Assembly (NCBI GenBank): GCA_022561095.1
Contig: JADFRV010000001.1
Span: 11,243-63,991, forward strand
Direction: 5' to 3'
Length of the DNA stretch: 52,749 nt
From: Chloroflexota bacterium
GTDB lineage: Bacteria > Chloroflexota > Dehalococcoidia > SM23-28-2 > RBG-16-64-32
Positions 47,659 to 52,749 of the stretch are shown here, piece after piece. Position 1 is the first letter of the stretch. Each line of letters begins with the position of its first letter. A program made the position numbers and the translations under genes. The notes beneath the pieces are model-generated. The model was not told the DNA's origin and ran no database searches. It worked only from the letters and a program-made list of their open reading frames with translations.

Positions 47659-48081
47659 CTACCGGAACGGAGTCACCCCCATACGGACATGTTCCGCCGT
47701 GTAAGGGAGCAGCGCCAGATGGCGCGCCCGCTTGATCGCCTGCGCCAGCGCCCGCTGGTGCTTGGCGCAGGTCCCCGTCTTGCGCCGCGTATCTATGCGC
47801 CCGCGGTCTGAGACGAAGCGCCGCAGAAAGTTGAAGTCCTTATAGTCTACAAACGTCATCTTTTCCACGCACATGACGCAGGGACGCCGACGTCCCCGGC
47901 CGCGGTGCCGCGGCCGGTCCTGGTTCTCCATATCCCGTTGCCGGGGAGCAGGACGCTCTCCAGCGGTGGAAGTGGATGCAGAGGCAGCAGCGGGTGCGGC
48001 AGCGGGAGCGGCTGACTCGGCCTGCTCAGCAACAGGCTGCTTCTGCTCCTGCTCCGTCTCCTGCTCTTTCTCTCTCTCCAT
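47659..48081 (-). CDS. rpsR: 30S ribosomal protein S18 (bS18) with ~50-aa low-complexity N-terminal extension
   Basis: 140 aa. The core contains [51 protein letters not shown]. The ATG at 48081 is 6 nt after the ssb stop. An alternative internal ATG (MENQ, 47931) would give a 90-aa protein. Confidence 0.88.
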   Translation of the reverse strand: MEREKEQETEQEQKQPVAEQAESAAPAAAPAAASASTSTAGERPAPRQRDMENQDRPRHRGRGRRRPCVMCVEKMTFVDYKDFNFLRRFVSDRGRIDTRRKTGTCAKHQRALAQAIKRARHLALLPYTAEHVRMGVTPFR

Positions 48082-48087
48082 ACTTCC

Positions 48088-48504
48088 TTACTCGAATGGT
48101 ATCTCTTCGGCTTCGGCGGGCGCGGATACAGCCGGTTCGCCCTCACCTTGTTCCTCCGGCAGCGGCGCGCCGCCCGGCCTGTCCAGGAACAGCACCTTGT
48201 CCGCCACCACCTCTGTGCGATAGCGCTTCTGGCCCTCAGGGGTATCCCAAGAGCGGGTCTGCAGGCGGCCCTCTACGTAAACCCGTCGGCCCTTCTGCAG
48301 GAACTGGCTGCACTGCTCCGCCAGCTTACGCCAGGCGACCACGGAGAACCATTCCGTCTCCTCGCGCCGCTCACCATCCGGAGTGCTGTAGTTGCGGCTG
48401 GCAGCTACCCGAAAGCTGGTGAGGGCGTTGCCGTCCGCAGTGTAGCGCATCTCAGGATCCGCTCCCAAGTTTCCAATTATCATCACTTTATTCAGGCCTG
48501 CCAT
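48088..48504 (-). CDS. ssb: Single-stranded DNA-binding protein
   Basis: 138 aa. Starts MAGLNKVMIIGNLGADPEMRYT, with an OB fold and acidic tip EEIPFE. Confidence 0.94.
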   Translation of the reverse strand: MAGLNKVMIIGNLGADPEMRYTADGNALTSFRVAASRNYSTPDGERREETEWFSVVAWRKLAEQCSQFLQKGRRVYVEGRLQTRSWDTPEGQKRYRTEVVADKVLFLDRPGGAPLPEEQGEGEPAVSAPAEAEEIPFE

Positions 48505-48527
48505 CTCACCCTCCTTTCGGGACCCAC

Positions 48528-48815
48528 CTACTCCTCCAGCTTCACCACCAGATGCCTAATGACGTCATCCGCTAATTTCAGATTCTCCTCAAGAGCTTGC
48601 AGGCGTTGAGGGTCAAGGCTGAGTTGCGCCACCACGTAGCTGCCCTCCCGGTGCCGGTCAATGGCGTAGGCCAACCTACGGCGGCCCCAGGGAGTTACCT
48701 CCTTGACCTGACCACCCTGTTCAGCGATGAACTGCTGCACCCGCTCCACTGTGGACGAAACAGCGTCGTCCTCCACCTCCGGGCTTACTATCATCACCAG
48801 CTCGTAATCGCGCAA
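48528..48815 (-). CDS. rpsF: 30S ribosomal protein S6 (bS6)
   Basis: 95 aa. TTG start with GGAGG 4 nt upstream. Starts MRDYELVMIVSPEV. Confidence 0.93.
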   Translation of the reverse strand: MRDYELVMIVSPEVEDDAVSSTVERVQQFIAEQGGQVKEVTPWGRRRLAYAIDRHREGSYVVAQLSLDPQRLQALEENLKLADDVIRHLVVKLEE

Positions 48816-48891
48816 GCGACCTCCAGATGTCTAGGGACAAACAAACACGGGGCGCACCGCCTTCGCGGGCAACCCCTCACAGGCAAACGGG

Positions 48892-48920
48892 ATTATAACA
48901 TGCAGCATAGACGCCAACAA
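48892..48920 (-). promoter_or_regulatory. Candidate promoter (extended -10) of rpsF-ssb-rpsR
   Basis: On the minus strand, TTGTTG (48920-48915), 17-nt spacer, TGtTATAAT (-10 at 48897-48892). This gives a ~70-nt leader. Confidence 0.5.
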
Positions 48921-48938
48921 GCAAGCGCCGGCGCTGGT

Positions 48939-50201
48939 TCAGGCCCCAACGGCCATTCGGTCGGTAATGCCGGGTGCGGGATACGCCTCCGCCATCTCCC
49001 GCACCTCGGCCGCGATGCGCTGCAGCGCCTCCTCATCCTCCACGTTATCCAACGCGGTGGAGAACAGAGCGCCGATCCGGCGCATCTCCTCCTCACCCAT
49101 GCCGCGCGACGTCACAGAGGGCGTGCCGATGCGGATACCGCTGGGGCTGAAAGGCTTGCGTGGGTCGTAGGGGATGGTGTTGTAGTTGCAGACGATCCCC
49201 GCCCGGTCCAACGCCCGCGCGGCTTTCTTCGCGATGACCCCTTTATTCGTCAGGTCTATCAATATCAGGTGGGTGTCAGTGCCACCGCTGATGAGGGTGA
49301 AGCCCCGCTCCAGTAGCTCGGCAGCCAGAGCCTTGGCGTTGCGCACCACCTGCTGGCCGTAGTCGCGGAAGGCCGGGGTCGCCGCCTCTGCCAGGGCCAC
49401 GCCTATGGCGGCGGTAGTGTGGTTATGAGGTCCGCCCTGGAGGGCCGGGAAGACGGCGCGGTCGATGCGATCAGCGAGCTCGGCGCGGCAGAGGATCATG
49501 GCGCCGCGGGGGCCGCGCAACGTCTTGTGAGTCGTCGTCGTGATGACATCGGCATGGGGGGCGGGGTCAGGGTGAGCGCCGGCGACGACGAGGCCAGCGA
49601 TGTGGGAGATGTCGGCCATGAAGTAGGCGCCCACCTCACGGGCGATATCGCCGAAGGCCTGGAAGTCGAACTGACGGGGGTAAGCGGTGGCGCCGGCGAC
49701 GATGATCTTTGGCCTTTCGCTGCGCGCCAGGTCCCGCAGTTGATCGTAGTCGATGAGATGAGTCTTAGGGTCCACACTGTACTGCACCGCGCGGTAGAAG
49801 CGGGCGGAGAAGCTGACGTTCCATCCATGGGTGAGATGTCCGCCATGAGGCAAGGCCATACCCATGATGGTGTCGCCGGGCTCCAGAAGGGCGTAGTAGA
49901 CGGCCATGTTGGCCGGAGAGCCGGAGTAGGGCTGCACATTAGCGTGCTCCATGTGGAACAGCGCCTTGGCCCGCTCCTGCACCACCGTCTCCAGTTTGTC
50001 GATGTAGCGTTGACCCTCGTAGTAGCGCTTGCCTGGGTACCCTTCCGAGTACTTGTTGGTGAGCACAGACCCCTGGGCCTCCATCACCGCCGCCGATGTG
50101 TAGTTCTCAGACGGGATAAGGCGCAACGTCTCCAACTGGTAGCGTTGCTCCTGGCGGATGAGTTTCACCATCTCAGGATCGGTCTGCTCTAGTGCGCCCA
50201 T
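48939..50201 (-). CDS. glyA: Serine hydroxymethyltransferase
   Basis: 420 aa. Contains LIPSENYTSAAVMEAQGSVLTNKYSEGYPGKRYY and the PLP lysine motif TTTTHKTLRGPRG. Confidence 0.95.
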   Translation of the reverse strand: MGALEQTDPEMVKLIRQEQRYQLETLRLIPSENYTSAAVMEAQGSVLTNKYSEGYPGKRYYEGQRYIDKLETVVQERAKALFHMEHANVQPYSGSPANMAVYYALLEPGDTIMGMALPHGGHLTHGWNVSFSARFYRAVQYSVDPKTHLIDYDQLRDLARSERPKIIVAGATAYPRQFDFQAFGDIAREVGAYFMADISHIAGLVVAGAHPDPAPHADVITTTTHKTLRGPRGAMILCRAELADRIDRAVFPALQGGPHNHTTAAIGVALAEAATPAFRDYGQQVVRNAKALAAELLERGFTLISGGTDTHLILIDLTNKGVIAKKAARALDRAGIVCNYNTIPYDPRKPFSPSGIRIGTPSVTSRGMGEEEMRRIGALFSTALDNVEDEEALQRIAAEVREMAEAYPAPGITDRMAVGA

Positions 50202-50243
50202 ACCATCACCCCCTGACCTGCCGGCGATCGCGCCGAAAATGAT

Positions 50244-50286
50244 GTGAGGCAGCGCTCCCCGCCGTACGGGTTCGCCGCTGCCTCAC
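50244..50286 (-). promoter_or_regulatory. Structured element in the glyA leader (11-bp GC hairpin): terminator of the upstream operon and/or riboswitch-like attenuator
   Basis: On the minus strand, GTGAGGCAGCG-GCGAACCCGTACGGCGGGGAG-CGCTGCCTCAC followed by ATCATTTTCGG. It lies 43 nt before the glyA ATG and 84 nt after the stop of the preceding gene. Confidence 0.45.
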
Positions 50287-50369
50287 TTCCGGTTCGAGAA
50301 TAAGGGACGTTGAAGTCGATCCGCTCCTATCTGTACCGAATCCAGTTTAGCGCCGCTGATAACGGGCCG

Positions 50370-51482
50370 TCAATCGCACCCCTGCTCTCGCTGGCGCCAG
50401 GCGAACTCGTTCAAAGCCATGAGGCCGCCGCAGACCAGGGAGTGACCCCCTAACAGCGCCGGTATCGACGTCTCCGCGGCGGCGCGCGTGAAGTCGCGCA
50501 AGAGCGGCTCGCGAACCTCCTGCCAGCGGCCCAGGTCCGAAAGGAAGCGATCGGAGCGGGTAGTATCGAGCCGGAGATGGGCGAGGAGGACGCGAGTATC
50601 GATGATAGCGGCGTCGCCCAGCTCGGCCAGAGCGCCGAAGGTACGCTGGGGGCCCACCTCCTCCAGGAAGAAGCCCAAAAGAGAGCGGGCTTTCCCCTCC
50701 GCGGCGCGGCCGTCGGCCTCCATCCCTCGCTCCTCGGCGAACAGGCGCACACGGCAGGCGGTCTCCCCCTCCAGGTACCGCCAGGCGTGGCTGCCTACCC
50801 GCCCGGCGACCGTGATCTGGGCCGAGCGGTCCGTGAGCAGGGGGAGAACCTGCCCGTAGCGATCGAGGTCAAGCTCCAACGCCGTCAGGTACTCTCGAAG
50901 GCGGGGTCCGCCCTCTCCGGTCAAGGCGAGAACCGCCAGGTCCGCGGGCCCATCGATGTCCAGCTGGGTGGCAACGGTGCGGGGAAGAGCGCATACGGAG
51001 AGACCCGCCTCCTCACTGAGGGCGCGGGCCAGGCGGTTATCGCTATCCGGCGGCTCTATGCGCGCGAGCGCCCCGGCGGGAAACGCCACCAGGTCAGACG
51101 AGAAGTGGTTGTTGGTGACGACGACTCCGCCCTCTGACAGCGCCTCGGCGACGTCGCTGAACTCGTCGACGCCCAGAAGGGGCAGGCTGCCTCCACCTAA
51201 GTAGACGACGCGCTCCAGGTCATGCCGTCGAACGACCTCCGCCAGGCGAGAGCCGAAGTGAAAAGGCCCGCTATCGACGTCCACTGTCACGCCAGAGGGC
51301 AGCTCGGGCAGCTCCGTCAAACCATCGGTGACGAGGACGACCCCTTCGTAGCGTCCGCCGCTTAGCGCGACCTGAATGCTGTCCAGGGTGGCGGCCAGGC
51401 GGGCGCCCGCCACCATACCCTCGACTGGGCTGTCGCCGAGCCCGCCGAGAAAGAATACCAGCGCCGGCCCTGGCGGCGCCAC
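50370..51482 (-). CDS. Hypothetical protein (~370 aa), family not recognised
   Basis: A GTG at 51482 lies 2 nt after the pfkB stop and gives (M)APPGPALVFFLGGLGDSPVEG... The N-terminal third has a vaguely Rossmann/nucleotidyltransferase-like beta-alpha pattern (VVLVTDG, VVYLGGGSLPLL). The ORF-track start at 51740 overlaps pfkB out of frame. Confidence 0.6.
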   Translation of the reverse strand: MAPPGPALVFFLGGLGDSPVEGMVAGARLAATLDSIQVALSGGRYEGVVLVTDGLTELPELPSGVTVDVDSGPFHFGSRLAEVVRRHDLERVVYLGGGSLPLLGVDEFSDVAEALSEGGVVVTNNHFSSDLVAFPAGALARIEPPDSDNRLARALSEEAGLSVCALPRTVATQLDIDGPADLAVLALTGEGGPRLREYLTALELDLDRYGQVLPLLTDRSAQITVAGRVGSHAWRYLEGETACRVRLFAEERGMEADGRAAEGKARSLLGFFLEEVGPQRTFGALAELGDAAIIDTRVLLAHLRLDTTRSDRFLSDLGRWQEVREPLLRDFTRAAAETSIPALLGGHSLVCGGLMALNEFAWRQREQGCD

Positions 51483-51484
51483 GC

Positions 51485-52444
51485 TCAGGATCCCTGCGCC
51501 AGAGCCGGCTGCGGCTCTATGCGCTGCACTTTGACGCGCGGCTGAAGGATATCGACTTCGCGGCGACGGCACAGCTCTGTCCCTGGTGTGAGAACGCAGG
51601 CGGTGCCGGCCGCGACGCCCAATCGGAGCGCATCCTCCATATTGTCGCCGCGGCTGAGAGAGAGCACTATCCCAGCCAGGAAACCGTCGCCCGACCCAAC
51701 GGCGCTCACCGCCCGCACGCGAGGGGCGACGCTGCGCCATGATCCCTCGTCGCTCACCGCCACGGCGCCCTCGCGGCCGCGGGTCACCACAGCCATCCGG
51801 ACACCCATCCCCCGGAGGACCTCGGCGGCCTCCAGCGAGGAGCTCTCGTCGCCCAGGCGACGGCCCAGCAAACGCTCCAACTCGCGACGGTTACCCTTGA
51901 CCATCTCCGGCCTGGCGGTGACTCCAATGACCAGCGCGGGGCCGTCAGCGTCTAGCACCGTATGCACCCAGTTCTCACGTGCCATGGTAATCATCTCGGC
52001 GTAGATATCGGGAGAAAGCGGCGGCGGAATGCTGCCCGCCACCACCAGCCAGTCGTTGGCGTGCAACCGCTTCCGCAGCTTGGACAGCAGCTGTTCCGCG
52101 GAGCGGTCCTCCGTCTGCGGGCCGGGGTCGCTGAGGATCGTGTGCATGTGACGCGATTCGTCAATGATGGTGATGTTGGTACGCGCCTCCCCCTTGGTAT
52201 GAACGAAGTCGCACTTGACCCCCTGAGCCTTCAGCGTTTGCTCGATATAGCGACCGAGGCCGCCCGGCGCGAACCCCATAGCGACGCTCTCGCCTCCCAG
52301 CTCCCGCACCACCCGCGAGACGTTGATCCCCTTGCCGCCGGGATCGAACCGGCTGGACTTGACCCGCAGCGTGTCCCCGGCGACGAAGCGCTCCAGCACC
52401 AGGGTCTGATCGATAGCGGGGTTGAGAGTGACGGTGAAGATCAC
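51485..52444 (-). CDS. PfkB-family sugar-phosphate kinase (1-phosphofructokinase/tagatose-6-phosphate kinase-like)
   Basis: 319 aa. The GTG start overlaps the hpf stop (GTGA). Contains MIFTVTLNPAIDQT, DPGGKGINVSRV and the C-terminal GSGDGFLAG anion-hole motif. Confidence 0.88.
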   Translation of the reverse strand: MIFTVTLNPAIDQTLVLERFVAGDTLRVKSSRFDPGGKGINVSRVVRELGGESVAMGFAPGGLGRYIEQTLKAQGVKCDFVHTKGEARTNITIIDESRHMHTILSDPGPQTEDRSAEQLLSKLRKRLHANDWLVVAGSIPPPLSPDIYAEMITMARENWVHTVLDADGPALVIGVTARPEMVKGNRRELERLLGRRLGDESSSLEAAEVLRGMGVRMAVVTRGREGAVAVSDEGSWRSVAPRVRAVSAVGSGDGFLAGIVLSLSRGDNMEDALRLGVAAGTACVLTPGTELCRRREVDILQPRVKVQRIEPQPALAQGS

Positions 52445-52749
52445 GACGATTCGGGCAGGATGAGCCCGTAGTCCCCGTCGCGGCGGCGGTAAAGGAGGGC
52501 CAGCTCCTGCCGGTCTTCGTCCCGGAACAGGAAGAAGTTATGGCCAAGAAGTTCCATCTGCTCAATCGCCTCCGCCTCCGTCATCGGCTTGACGACAAAC
52601 TGCTTACGCTTCACCACGCGGCCGGAGACGATCTCCGTGCCCGGCGGCAGGTCCGGCTCCCCCTCCGCTTCGGCGTCGAGGGCCTCCTTGCTTAAGCGAC
52701 GATGGCCGCGGTAGAGCTTCTTCTCCTTGAAGCGTTTGATCTGACGTGA
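52441..52749 (-). CDS. hpf: Ribosome hibernation promoting factor (long HPF), C-terminal 102 codons; 5' end outside the window
   Basis: The frame is open from the window edge: ...IKRFKEKKLYRGHRRLS...VVKRKQFVVKPMTEAEAIEQMELLGHNFFLFRDEDRQELALLYRRRDGDYGLILPESS. This is the typical long-HPF dimerisation domain. It is not in the ORF track because there is no start in the window. Confidence 0.85.
   Translation of the reverse strand, partial: SRQIKRFKEKKLYRGHRRLSKEALDAEAEGEPDLPPGTEIVSGRVVKRKQFVVKPMTEAEAIEQMELLGHNFFLFRDEDRQELALLYRRRDGDYGLILPESS

Noticed and set aside
52161-52565. 134-aa minus-strand ORF bridging pfkB and hpf.
   Set aside because: It is out of frame with both. The pfkB N-terminus (MIFTVTLNPAIDQ) and the HPF C-terminal domain account for the DNA.

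Overview
High-GC bacterial chromosome segment, 52.7 kb, almost entirely housekeeping. The lineage looks Chloroflexota- or Actinomycetota-like, but that is inference only. I found no transposases, integrases, CRISPR arrays or recognisable defence genes.

Gene content in order:
- 1-5.3 kb: partial ATP-grasp gene, a selenocysteine tRNA (not in the ORF track), trxB-trxA, a CsoR-type repressor with a perfect palindromic operator, a small membrane protein, a TetR regulator, plsX and an M20 amidohydrolase.
- 5.4-16.1 kb: apt, then a clear SAM-I riboswitch (6075-6187) in front of an 11-gene plus-strand array with overlapping or near-abutting stop/start codons. The array is mtnA-mtnP, then GNAT, DJ-1/PfpI and DUF1028, then ahcY-metK, then a three-gene GDP-mannose module.
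- 16.1-36.9 kb: one uninterrupted minus-strand ribosomal supercluster running rpsL-rpsG-fusA, S10, spc, alpha, truA, rplM-rpsI. It includes rpmJ (missed by the ORF track) and has no tuf after fusA.
- 37-52.7 kb: a low-GC spacer with an orphan 100-aa gene, then a folE / CelD-like GNAT / MshA-like GT4 / PIG-L deacetylase / ccsA array and an SRAP (YedK) gene. Next comes rpsF-ssb-rpsR-ppiC-hom-(coiled-coil ORF)-thrC, then glyA behind a structured leader, and finally hpf-pfkB-(unknown 370 aa).

I do not see a clear-cut new multi-gene system. The best candidates for undescribed biology are:
- the three unassigned enzymes embedded in the SAM-riboswitch operon;
- the MshA/PIG-L/CelD-like trio tied to folE and ccsA;
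- the coiled-coil gene wedged between hom and thrC;
- the unknown protein coupled to hpf-pfkB;
- long E/A/P/K-rich low-complexity tails on RpoA, S17, S3, L4 and S18, with a perfect-period 72-nt tandem repeat inside rpsQ.

Several genes have a -10 box 6-9 nt from the start codon, consistent with leaderless mRNAs. All family assignments come from reading the translated motifs; no searches were run.
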